This document shows positions 43,136 to 55,406 of a DNA stretch of 64,000 bases, piece by piece. The notes beneath the pieces were generated by a model. It did not search any database and was not told the origin of the DNA. It saw only the letters and a program-made list of their open reading frames with translations. The position numbers were made by a program, and so were the translations under genes. The first letter of the stretch is position 1. Each line of letters starts with the position of its first letter. This DNA comes from Auanema rhodensis (Eukaryota; Animalia; Nematoda), in assembly GCA_964057225.1 (NCBI GenBank), contig OZ059899.1:6262001-6326000 (forward strand), given 5' to 3'.

Positions 43136-46100
43136 TTAAGCTTCGCTTGTTTTCATTTTTTTTGACATAAGCACAGAAGCAATATCGTTGATTTTTCTTT
43201 TACTCTGGAAAAATATATTTATCAAAGAAATTATAATCTTATAATTACCATTGGCTTCTTAGTTGGTTCGTATAAAGGTGTTGTATTGACAGATGATGTA
43301 ACATCGTTCGTCGATGAGGAACAACTTTCCGCATTAAGTTGAGGTGATAATGAATCCCCTTTCTCTTCTCCTTCTCTTATGTGTTGGAACTCTTCGCACA
43401 ATTTGAAGTCAACTTGGTCGCTTACAGTGAGTGAAAGCGATTGCTCTAATGAGATATCTCTGCTTGATTCAGAAGTAGAAAGAACATCTAAAAAAGAAGT
43501 AGCGTGCAACTTGTCAGCTGTCTAATTCGTACCTTCGCCTGTTTGTTCAGAAACCTCGGGACAAAACAAAGCAACAAATGAAGAAAAATCTGCGAAATTC
43601 GAAGATCAGAATATTTTCAAAATTTGCCACCCACCCTTCATTCCTTCGATTTCTGGTTGTTTTTCCTCAACTTTACGTTTTTTCTCAATGCTTGGTGGTG
43701 GACCTAGCGATTTTGCGACTGGGATAGCATCGCCAGTTTCTCCTAGTGTTTTTAAACTGAAAGCGTAGATTACGGAATTTGTTTTCTTAATTTAACAAAC
43801 TTATTGATATGAAGATTTAAAGATTTTTTGCTATCGAAACACCATCCACAACACCAGCAAACTAATGCGGAAGCAATTTGATGCCTTGTCAACATATGTT
43901 CTTTCACTACTTCAAGTCTGCCAGCTATAATCCAAATAAGGTCATTTAGAAGTATAGATTATGCTTACGATGCAAGACCTCAGAGCACAGTTGGCATTCA
44001 TAGTCATAGACGTGAACTTTACCCCTATGCCGATGCAAGGAAGCTGAGTGACAGAAAAGCTTACCGCAATCAAGACAACCAAATTGTCCTAAATGAATTA
44101 GTTTTTATAATTTAGTAAAGCCAACAAACCTTTGAGATCTGGACGCTTCAAAGATCCATCCGACTCAGCCTAAACCAAGTGGAACATTAATTGAGTAAAA
44201 TTGGTTAAGATATTAAATACAAACCTTGAGGCCGGGAATGGCATCCTTAGAATTCTCATCCTCTTCTGAACTTGGTACATCCTGTAGAAAGCAGATTATA
44301 TCCCATCCTTACAAAATATCTTACCATTACTAGCATGTCATCACTGGCTGCTTCATTATCAGACAATGTTTCATGCTTAGAAGCATCTTCAATTTTCTCT
44401 GGTTCATCATCATTATTATCTTTATCTTTCTCATCGTTCAAAGCATTAATAGCGCTATCGCTCTAAAGTTAGTTGTAAACCACTTCTACGTATATTAAAT
44501 CTTACTAATTGCTGGAAAAACTGAGAAAAACTATCAGTCAGAATACTCAACGTCTGCTCTGTAACTGTATTCATAAATTACATAATATTTATTCTTTTTA
44601 AGTGTCAAACCTTGCATTTTTTTCCGACTGGTTGCAATTTTTCTATAATCTCCTGGTTCACCGTGATTCATCATTCTAAATAGCTAAAGGTTAAAGATAA
44701 TAAAATTAATTGAGTCACCTATTATTATGATTATATAAATCTTTTTTGTTATCAAAGGCCCAGAAACAACATGAGCACGTATAAACATTACTTATATTAT
44801 GAAGTGTTAACATATGACGTCTCATCATATTATCCGAGCCATCAGTATTACTTACTATAATTAAAAATCAGATTCTTGACAAAAATATTCCATACCTAAT
44901 ATTTCTTCATCACATAAGCAACAAATATGAGCCTCCAAATGGGTTTTAATTGAATGTCTATATAAAGATGATTTATTAGAGAAGGAAGCACCACAGTCTC
45001 GACAAAAAAGAAGTTCTAGAAAAATAAAATATTTTGTGAATTTCATTTAGCTTAATACCTTTATTTTCTACTTTTTGTGCTGTTTCCATACTTTTGGCCA
45101 ACATTGTCATTAACTCATTAGTAATCTGTAAATAATGTATCAGCAAAAGACAACAGGTAATATACTGACTACAGCATTGTCTGTATTAGTTAGGTCTGAA
45201 GAACTGGCTTTACTCTCATCCGTAGGTTTCATTATCTAAACAAAACGTAGAACTTTATTTAATTTATATGAATGACGATCTTACTTCTTGACTTTCACCA
45301 TCGGAATCGTTCAGTGGTTCGCTCTTGACAGAGTCTGATGTTTCCTGAAGATATACACATGAAAAAGCTATACAACTAAATTAAAACCTCAGATGATTCT
45401 GATTTAGTTGGGTTATTCAAGCTATAAAAAAACTTATACAAGTCTACGAATTGTTCGTCTAAACTGGGGGCCTAAATGAAATGATAAAGTTCAATTTTGA
45501 ATATGCTAACAAACGCCGCTCTTCTTTTTAGGTCTTGGACCAGACGAACGTTTAGGAGTTTTCTTCACATCATTATTAGGTGAAGGTACATTTTCCTCGT
45601 TAGTTTTCGTTACAGTTACCGTTTTCTCACCTTCTTCAGCATTTTCATATATCCCTACATAATTTATTTAAAAAATAAATCAAAGAATATAAACCTGATG
45701 ACGCTAGAACAGTAGCGATAGGAACAGCCGGTCCAGATCCACCAGAAGAATTCATACTATAATAAGGAGATATGATAGGAGTAAATCTTGAACATCCAAC
45801 CTTTTACAGTGCATATGTAAATGACTTTTGTTACTGAATATCCAACAACAACATCCACAACTGTAAAAGTTTGAGATCTGATGATTATCAAGCATGTGCT
45901 TCTTTAAATCAGCAAAGCCGCCAGATTCTGAAGAACCACCTATAAATAATTCAAAAATAAAGAGCGGAAACAAGTATATTTATACTTCTCAACTCTGCTT
46001 GGCATAAAGTACATTTATGTCCGGTAATGTGAAAGCGCAAACGATGCCTAAGGAGGGAAGCATGGTGAATAAAACAGCTACCGCACTCAACACATAAAAA

Positions 46101-46184
46101 GTTTTCTAAAAATAATTGAGATATATGAATATATTAAATAAAGTAACCTTTAGCACCAACAGCTTTAGACCTCTTTGTTTCCAT
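43136..46184 (-). CDS. C2H2 zinc-finger protein with three repeated triple-finger modules
   Basis: Starts METKRSKAVGAK. Module-opening fingers are CVECGSCFIHHASLLRHRLRFH, CRDCGASFSNKSSLYRHSIKTH and CLDCGKLFCHSASLHRHRGKVH. Ends KRKINDIASVLMSKKMKTSEA*. Confidence 0.85.
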
Positions 46185-47574
46185 TTTTGGGAAATCTAAA
46201 AAAATAATAGGTATTAATAGGTAATATAAATAAAAGGAAACAGCAGAAATACAACCAAGGAGAATGCTAGCACAGGTTTGCCTGCGGTAACCTGGTTCAC
46301 ATTTCAAACCTAAAGGGCGCCATCTACTGATACTGCCGAAGCGGATCCTTTTTGTGTTAACATAAATTTACAAAAAAATGTGAACAATTTAGAAAAAAGA
46401 ATATGTTTGGGTTCACTGTTTAGGATAACAGGATAACAAACAGTTTACAATATAATAAGAATAATTAAACGATACCCTTAAATATAATCCAGTGGACTGA
46501 AGCTATTAAGCTATTAACACTTAAGAAATATTTAAATATTATTAGCAGATTATGAATTAGTGATCATAATGAACAATAAAAAATGTTACGTATGAAGAAA
46601 GATCATTACGAAACCACATTATCAAATGGCAACTCTGAGAAAAATGAGGTAACACCTCTTAGTGATTATTGATTGAAGTTACTGTTCTTTGTGCACAATC
46701 CCTTAACCGAAAAATAAGATCCGTTTCGTTTTAAAAATGTGAAATGTTCTTACATTTCTATTTTTATCTTAGTTTATTGCTATATGGAGTATAAGATTTT
46801 GTTTTTAATGAATTATTCAGTTCAAGCTTTATCATATCATGTAGAATAAAATAAATTTCTCATATTGAATATACATTTAAAATCTATGTGAGATATTATT
46901 TGGCAGTTACTTAAAGTACGTAAAGATCAGCACAAAATGGCTCATATGGTTATTGAACTATGTGCTCTTCAATTATCAAAAGACCCCACGATTTGAAACT
47001 CTCACTCAAGTTATAAATATTGATTGGAATTTTATAAGATATTATTTCATATTGCAAGCAAAGAAAAAAGTACAACATCGGAAAAGCATAATTTTCATAA
47101 TATGATGATTGTTTGAAATCTGATAACTTTTTATGTTTATTTAAAGAAAAATGAACTTTTTTCCCGAAGACATGAGCTAATAAGAACTTGGGTATTTCTG
47201 TTCTCTGATATTTAACAATTTTCAAGTTTTTATTTGTTGAACTTTAATCCATATTCATAATTCAACAAAGAAGGAAGGACAATATTAATATCGGGCTTTC
47301 CAGAGTCAATTTCTTCAAAGTGTTTTCATAATTATCAAGATATTTTCAATTTTTATACGTTGATATTAGATTTGTAGTATGAAATTCGATAAGTAGAAGC
47401 CCATCACTCTTCCAAATATAGCAGCTGTTTCGAGAAGTGCAGCTGTATTTTCTATTAACAACTTCGACTATCTCCAAATTATCGTACTATTTCCACCCTT
47501 GTACTATTTCCATTTTTCATATTATGTATATTATGTATATATCCAGCTTTCCGAAAAAAAGTGCAAACAAGATT

Positions 47575-47877
47575 ACGATACATTAGTTTATTGCATTAGA
47601 AAAATATGAAAAAAAAAAGTTTGTCATCAAACTGAAGTCGATTATAAATATAAATAGTAAATAAACATATGTTCAAGTAGCAGAGACCTTATTAGTATAT
47701 GAGGTATTTAAGGTAGGAGGATAAGTAAACAATACACAGATAGAGGTGATATATGAAAGATAACTTCGGAAATAGAAAGAATCCTCTGAAACTTGAGAAA
47801 TAACCACAAATCCCTGCGCTAAACGCGGATAAATGCGACTAGTTTCAAGTTATTTTGCGGATATTAATAATAATATT

Positions 47878-47926
<49 letters not shown>

Positions 47927-48876
47927 TAATATATGTATATAATGAGGTACGTAACAATTTGAACAAGTAAACAAAAAAACAAACAACTGCCACATTTGGT
48001 CTATGTACAACGATCAATGTCTCTTGCCATTTTCCTGAGAGAAAGAGAGTGGATGTGGGTTAAGGATTAAGAAATAAGAGAGAGAGAGAAAGAGAGAAAA
48101 AGATAACTCTTTATCTACTACACGAACTATAAGGTCCAGGAAACGATCGAGCTACCGAACGTTAAGGACAAGATGCATTCTTAAACTGATTGTTTCGTTC
48201 TATATAATCTTAGAGACTAGTGAAACAAAGAAACAAATCACTTGAAGTCGACATCATTATCTACTCGAGGAACTAGCTTAAAATGAGTGACCAGGGGAGA
48301 AGACAATTGTTGCTGTTCGGAAAGGAAATGAATATTAATTACTATACTAATGTACATCACTGAAAGAATAGTATGGACTAAAGAGGTTTACATACGAGGG
48401 CAAGGAAGAGGTACGTAATGATTTTTCTAAAGAACTAGCGTACTGTACATATCTTAATCTCTATACTCTACGATACATCTCTCTGTTCTCGACGATACAA
48501 TGCCTGAGGTGAAAGGAAAAGAACCGTATAGGGAAGACACGCAAACAACGACTTGAATTGAATGGAATCGCTAAGGTGATTAGAAAGGAAAGAATAGATT
48601 AAAAAGATTATTAAATATGGATACATATATTTAGCCGAGCTGAGCCTAAAACAGACGGCTAAGGTGAAGATATACACGGGAAGTGGCAACGCGGAAATAT
48701 TCAGCAAATAATTCAAAAGAACGGGCCCATGAGCGATAAAAACTAACACGGAATTTCCTGGCGTTGTTCCCTAGACGTAGAAGAATCACGTTTTTGAAGT
48801 GGCGTCCCACTCATCAGAAGGCGCATTTCGAAGAAGTAGACATGTAAGACACAACGATGACATCATCGTCCCGAAG
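47575..48876 (-). promoter_or_regulatory. hbl-1: hbl-1 3'UTR (about 1.3 kb) with let-7-family, miR-71 and PUF sites
   Basis: Plus-strand TGAGGTA at 47700 and 47943 and GAGGTA at 48408 (let-7 seed matches on the mRNA). TGAAAGA at 47754 and 48361 (miR-71). mRNA TGTACATA at 48002-48009. Minus-strand AATAAA near 47590. The 3' end is approximate. Confidence 0.8.
47866..47927. repeat. (TAA)n microsatellite within the hbl-1 3'UTR
   Basis: Directly visible. Confidence 0.95.
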
Positions 48877-51800
48877 TTACTCGTGAGAAGCCTGGAGCAG
48901 GTGAAGGTTGAACGTCAGGGCGTCAGTAGCCACGTAGCCGCAACGATTGCACTTGAAGGGATGTTCATATCCATGATATCCCATATGAATTTGATACATG
49001 GCTTGTTCCTGAAAAATAAAATAACTTAATAAATGTGAACCATGAAGAGAAGAAACTATTTACTATTTTAGGATTATTAGAAATGGTAATAATATATATA
49101 TATATATATATTTATAGGGTTCCGCTTTCACAATAGAAAAAGTAGAAAGTAGACAACATGTTTTTATTTAATTCTTTTCTTTTTCCCTCTTTTTTCGTTC
49201 CGGACAATTGTAAGACAAAAAGATATAGAAGTGGTAAATAGACGAAGGGAAAGAAATTTCTAACTTGAGCTTCATGTTGCTTTTAAAGCTTGATGATGTC
49301 CTTTGATTGCCAATAGTCATCGTGTTTTCGCATGTATGCTCGTAAAAGGACGCACTTTTTTCATCATCAATAGTGCGAGACGACTAGCAAATATCAACAC
49401 GTTTTATTTACTTATTCACTTTCTTCTCTCACTTCCCCATCCTCCCCACTCCTCTATATATGGGTAATTAGCTTTGGAAATTCGAAAAGGTCAAAAGCTT
49501 GTAGTTATTCAATTAAATTCAAAGACTGTACCTGGAAAGCCATACGACAGTGCTGACACTGGAATTGCCATGATGGCTCATCTCGTTTGCCCTGAAAACG
49601 TAAACGAGATCAGAGAACATTCGATGTAGTCTTTGAATTTAAGTTTTTCGTGCGAAAGATTTAGGTAATTTTTAGAACTAAGAGGAAAGACACAACAGGC
49701 AATAAAATACTCACTTGAAGAACATTAGAAAGTTGAGCAAGACAGGCTTGCTGGAAAATGCTCAGTTTGTTATCTGGAGTTAATTGTGAAAATGCAGAAG
49801 AAACAGGCATCGATGAAAGCGATGGCTGTTGTGCTTGTGGTTGAGCAATGAGTAAACCTTCTGAAGGAGTACTGGATGCTTCCATACGCTGAAAAAAAAA
49901 TTTATAATGATATAATGAAATATAAGAATATGAATTTAAAAATTGATAAATACACATACCTCTTCTGTTTCCTTATCTTCACAGTGACTTCCACATTCGC
50001 TGGCAGATGGACTCTTTCCGAGAAGACGTTCGCCGATTTGATCGACTTTGAATCCTTTGCGTTTGCGAGGCTCTCCTTCATCAGCTGAACTATTTCCACC
50101 TTTGGAGCTTCCCATAGGGCTATTGGTACTTCCACTTGAACCATCCATCTCATCATCTCCAACATGCCCACTCTCATCCTCATTTTGAGTATCTACGTTA
50201 ACTTGTTCATCAGCATCAGCATCAGCATCAGCGCTTCCGATGCTGGGTACTGAGGGTAGAAGTCCAGACATTTGAGGTAAAGATTGATATAAGCTAACAA
50301 TAGGAGATTGAGAATTAGCTCCGGACATCAGATGTGAAACGTTGTGACGCATGAGGTCTTCCTGTGACGTCGTTTGGAATTCACAGATGGAACAGTTAAA
50401 CTGTTGAGACAATCCAGCAAGTCCGTTGATCAAATTGAGCTGTTGTTCCATTTGATGTTGACGAAGAAGCATTTGACTAGCATAATTTAGACTCTGACTA
50501 GTGACAATAGGAGTAGCTAATCCGAGAGACTGAGCCAAACTAGTTGATGGTGAAGAGTTTTGGAACTGATTCACCTGGTATGAATTACTGGTACCAGCAC
50601 TCTCGTTCTATAAACATATATGTATAATGAAAGAAGTGGGAAAATAATTCCTACTTGACTGCTTGATCCAGGGGATGGATCGCCTACATCTACACCTTCG
50701 GGCACTCTTCGATGTTCATACTTGCGCAAATGTAACTAAAACATCAAAATGAGACAAGAATCAAGAAAGTATTATAAAATAAAATGAAAATATACAAACC
50801 TTAAGACTATGACAATACTTTGTGGCATATGTACAATCCATACAACGGAATTGATAAACATTAGTGTGACTTTTCATATGCGAATTAAGCATAGATTTAT
50901 TCACACATTGATATGAGCATTTCTTACATTGGAATGGCTTGCTTCCCAAATGGTTACGGATATGATATTCCTATAAAATAAAAAAATAATGTTGATCAAA
51001 TCAATCGTCACATACCAAATGATGTTTGTATTCAGTAACGAAGTTGCATTTTGGGCAATTCATCTGTTTGTCAGCAGGAATGTGAGTTCTGGCATGTGCC
51101 CACTGGTCATCTTTGGAATATGATATATGAGGACATTGCTTGCATTTGAGTTGCTTGATTTTGCCATTGCTATTCCGTCTTGGTTCAGCATTTCCAGATG
51201 ATGCACTCCCACTAGGACCGGTATTTCCAGCATTCGAACTACCTCCAGTGCTAGCAACCTCAGCATTAGCTACTTCATCAATCTGGACCATTGCTCCAAG
51301 AGCGTTAGCCAAATTGACACTGTTCTCGTTGTTTAAGATTGGAGACTTTTCCGTTAAAACACGGATTTGATCGAGAGCTGTTGATTGAAGCATTGGTGCC
51401 ATAGTGTTTAGTAAGCTGGAAGATGTAAGATTCTCAGCCAATGATAAGGCAATAGATGACACAATATTACTCTGAAAATAGCAACATAATTCGATGAAAC
51501 AATTAAACAATACTTACTTCAGGCAGACTGTTGCCAGCTTGGGCTGCAGCAGCATTAGCTGCATCTACTAACGAAGCCATAGTTGTGGACAAAGATGATG
51601 TGTCCGCAAAAGGTGAAGATGACACTATGGTAGCGGTAGCAGACGAAACAGCAGAAGGAGAGCTAGCTCCTCCACATGAGCTAAGAGAAGTCGTGCTGAT
51701 ACTGCTAGCTGCAGATGAGGTAGTTGGGGTGCTTGATGCATCTCTCGATTCAATCTCTAAACCAACGGCTAGTTGCTCTTCTACAGTATGGGATTCGCGC

Positions 51801-54800
51801 ATATGCTTCTTCAACCTGAAATTATAAAAAATAATATTCGATAACTTATTGTTGTTTTCAGCTTAAAAACAAAGCGCTCTCAATAATCCGGACAACAGTC
51901 CGATGGATTTTTTTAAAATCATCACAGCACCCTCAAGCTGTTCTCCAAGTGCATTCAATAGTTATGAAGCTTCTTCTCTTTTCATATATGGTGTGCAATT
52001 TCCGGATTTTTGAAAGAGAACAAAAGTGCAAGTAAATTGGCGACTAGACAGCAGTTCGCCTTCGCCTGTTTCTCTTCTCCTTTTCTGGCTAATTGCCAGA
52101 AAATTTATGAGAAACAAATGAAAACAAATGTGATGAACTAGAAAAACAGGAAAGCTACTTACCGTCCTTCGGTGCGACTTGTGTAATCACACATACTACA
52201 TTGATGATCTCCATGAGTATTCATGTGTGAATTATAGTGGAACTTGGAGTTGGAGCTGAAGCCACAAATGGGGCAAACCAAAGGCATTCCTTGTCCTGTT
52301 GGAGTTGGTACAAGAGATGGACCTAGTCCGGGGGGTCTGCAGAATGATGACGAGGTCGTAGTTGTGGAAATGGACGAAGTTCCAGAGTTGCTAGTAGTAT
52401 TGCTGCTGCTGCTTCCGGCTTGGTCATGAGAGATCGTGCTGGTGCTAGCTTCCTCAGACTTAGGTTGATCGGGATTGCTAAAGGCACTGTTGTTGCTTTG
52501 AACAAATTCATTGCGACTGTCTCCAACGCCAGCAGCTACCAAAGCATCCGTCAGATTGCTGAAGGACTGATGGGAAAAGTTGAGTAGAAGTTTTCTGAAA
52601 ACAAGAGAATTAATGAAACGTCGACAACGTTTGGCTAAAACGATTCAGGGAGATAATCAGCCCTCAAATGTTTTTTCTCTCATCTTGTTGATTGTACTAG
52701 GCTTTGTCAACTAACCAAGTGCCAATACCGTATTCTATCTCTATTCTGATGTCTGTTTCGATGTGTTATGTATGCGTATGTTGAATAGAAGTTGAAATGT
52801 ACTTAGGAAAAATAGACTGGGAACAAGAAGTAAGAGTTTGTTGCTTACTAAAAGACCTTTTCTCTCATTTTTTCGCTCTTTTCTCATCTGCTCTCTCCTT
52901 CACTCAAATAGATTCTGTCTACTACTATCTCGATCATCAATACAACTGCTCTAGTGCCCTCTGTCTAAATTTTCTTTTTTCCTCTTCTCCATCATTATTA
53001 TCGTTGTCATAAACTGTCGAACCACCGCCAAAAAAGGAAAAATAGAAAAAAAATCCCATTCTAGTAATCTATGTGGAAAGCCCTCGTATTCTGTTCATTT
53101 GCACTTGTTTTTCAGCACGTGATTTTCAGATGAGCTCAAAGTGCATTTGGGCAACGGCTTCTGATCAGTCTCTTTTTCTTCTTTCTCTTCTTTTTTGATA
53201 CTTTTCAATCATCTATTTCGCCATGAAATCTTTCTTTCATTCTGCTTCGCACTTTCTATCAATAGAATAAAAAAAGATAAAGGGACATTTTTTTCATCCG
53301 AGGAGAGACGAAGCACCTAGTTTGAATAGGGTCGGAAGCTGAAAGTTCACCCGCCCCTATATTGCTTTCAACTTGAACTATTACTTCCTACTTCGTTGGC
53401 ACTACTATGAATACATAAAACAAAATAAATTTTGTTAGAAAATAGATTGAGGAAGAAAAATTCCATAAAAAAAGAACTTACGATGCTTCTTGATTCTCAC
53501 GATGATCCTCGGCTCCTAACATGTCCATTTTTTCTGGTTCAGCCTCATCTGAAAAGATAAAAAGTACAATGATTCGTTTCAACTAGCTGTTGTTTAGTTA
53601 TAATTTTTAGTTATTTAATTCTTCTTCATATCAGACAGAATAACATCTGCTTAACATCAAAAGCATGAGTTTTAAACTACAGTATATAAGCACGTTTCAG
53701 CACAAAAATAGAAGTTGCACTCGAAAAACCGAAGAGGAGGGCAATAGTCCTTTGAAGGAAAACACTTGGCACACCCAACACATACATACAAACCTTGGTG
53801 TTCCCCGTTCAGTTAACTCTTTTTTCTGCATGTTTTTTCCGTGCAAAACGGAATCTGAGACGAAATTGCTGACACAAATGTCATTAATTACATCGTATGG
53901 TATTCACTAGGATTTTCTTTCTTTTTTCCTCAATTTCTTATATTCACTCCCTTTGTAAGTCCTTATACTGACCTAATAAGCAAGCACGTTTTCAAGCATT
54001 CACCATGCTTTTTCTCACTCTTTTTTTCACGTAGCTCACGTGAAAGTACAGCACACGCAAAGTACACATAAAGTTCATATTTTACTTTTTTTACAATTTG
54101 AGCAAATCACGCAAAACTTCTTTCTATGTTTACTTACCTCTTTCAATTTCTACTTTCACATTGGCTGCTATCCAGTCGGTAGATGTCTTCTGGGGTGAAG
54201 CTTGTTGATGGTCACTTGGCGACACAGCCAAAGCCGGCTGTGGTGTATGAGTTGTCGCTGAGTCCACATCTACATCTATGCTGTCCTCTGTAGGGTCAGA
54301 CTGGCGTTCCATAGCGCCAGCAGGCTCCATTTCGCCGTCTGATGGTGATTGAGAAGCCGAAACATCATATGAAGCAGTATTCTCAGACGATTGTCGTTCC
54401 TCCTAAAAATATATTGTGGTTAGACAATTATCAAAAACACAGAAGGATTAAAAATAGATGTTGGGAAAAGCAAAATGGATATAAAACATTTTTCAAGAAA
54501 GCCAGAGTATTTTATGAAAAAAATAAAAGACTATAAATTAAAGTACATATTCTTTTCAAATAAAGAAAGAAAAACATATTGAAAAACTAATTTTTGTGTT
54601 GATCTACTTTGATTAATCAGAACAAGGGATTACGAAACTGGCTAGAATTACTATAGCTATTTTAAATTTCGTTTCATAATAATGAAAAGAAACATAAATT
54701 TTATTTTAGCTTGATTTTTAATTATAAGAGAGCTCGTACGTGATTTAGCTGTTACTAGTTTTTAAAAATAATTAAGATTACTGGTATAGACGATATACAT

Positions 54801-55406
54801 AAATTTAAAGTTTAAAACAGCTACTGCGGCAAGAGAGACTAGCGAATAATCATAGACAAGAGGCGTGTGCAAATGAGAGGACGGTTCGAGACAGTCCAAT
54901 ATTATGATGACGGCATTAGGGAGGGGTTCCCCCGATTGTTAAAGGACAAATTTAAAACATCAGAACTTTACCTCTTTAAGACTACGATTGCTATATGCTG
55001 GGTCATGATCCATAGCATCATCCTTGTCTATGATTTTAGGCATAATCGGACTTGGCGACGGCAGGGGAGCTGACGTCATGATCGTTCCTAGCTGTGCCAT
55101 AGGACGCGGCACGTCAATCTCGGCGCTTGGACTCCACTTCTCCCAGTCAACTTTCGTGTTATTGTTAGCGGCGCTGGCCCAATCAGTAGCCGAAGTCTGT
55201 TGCCACGGTTGCCTGTAATTTTAAATTAGAGCATTGTTGATAAGGTTCCAAAAAAGGTTGAGTGCAAGTTTTTTTTAGCAAACTTACCGTAAAATTGGCG
55301 GTTGTGGCGCTGTGATTCCGCCCACGAAAGAAGGCGTGAATCGCCAGGCTCCTTGATGTGCCATCGAATGAAAAGCTCCTGGAGCTACACCTTCTATTTG
55401 TCGAGC
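48877..55406 (-). CDS. hbl-1: Hunchback-like C2H2 zinc-finger transcription factor (core exons; 5' exons lie further right)
   Basis: N-terminal fingers [47 protein letters not shown]. Central Hb fingers [79 protein letters not shown]. Terminal fingers [33 protein letters not shown]. Confidence 0.97.

Noticed and set aside
48799-55218. Plus-strand and alternative-frame ORFs overlapping hbl-1
   Set aside because: They are shadow ORFs of GC-richer hbl-1 exons.
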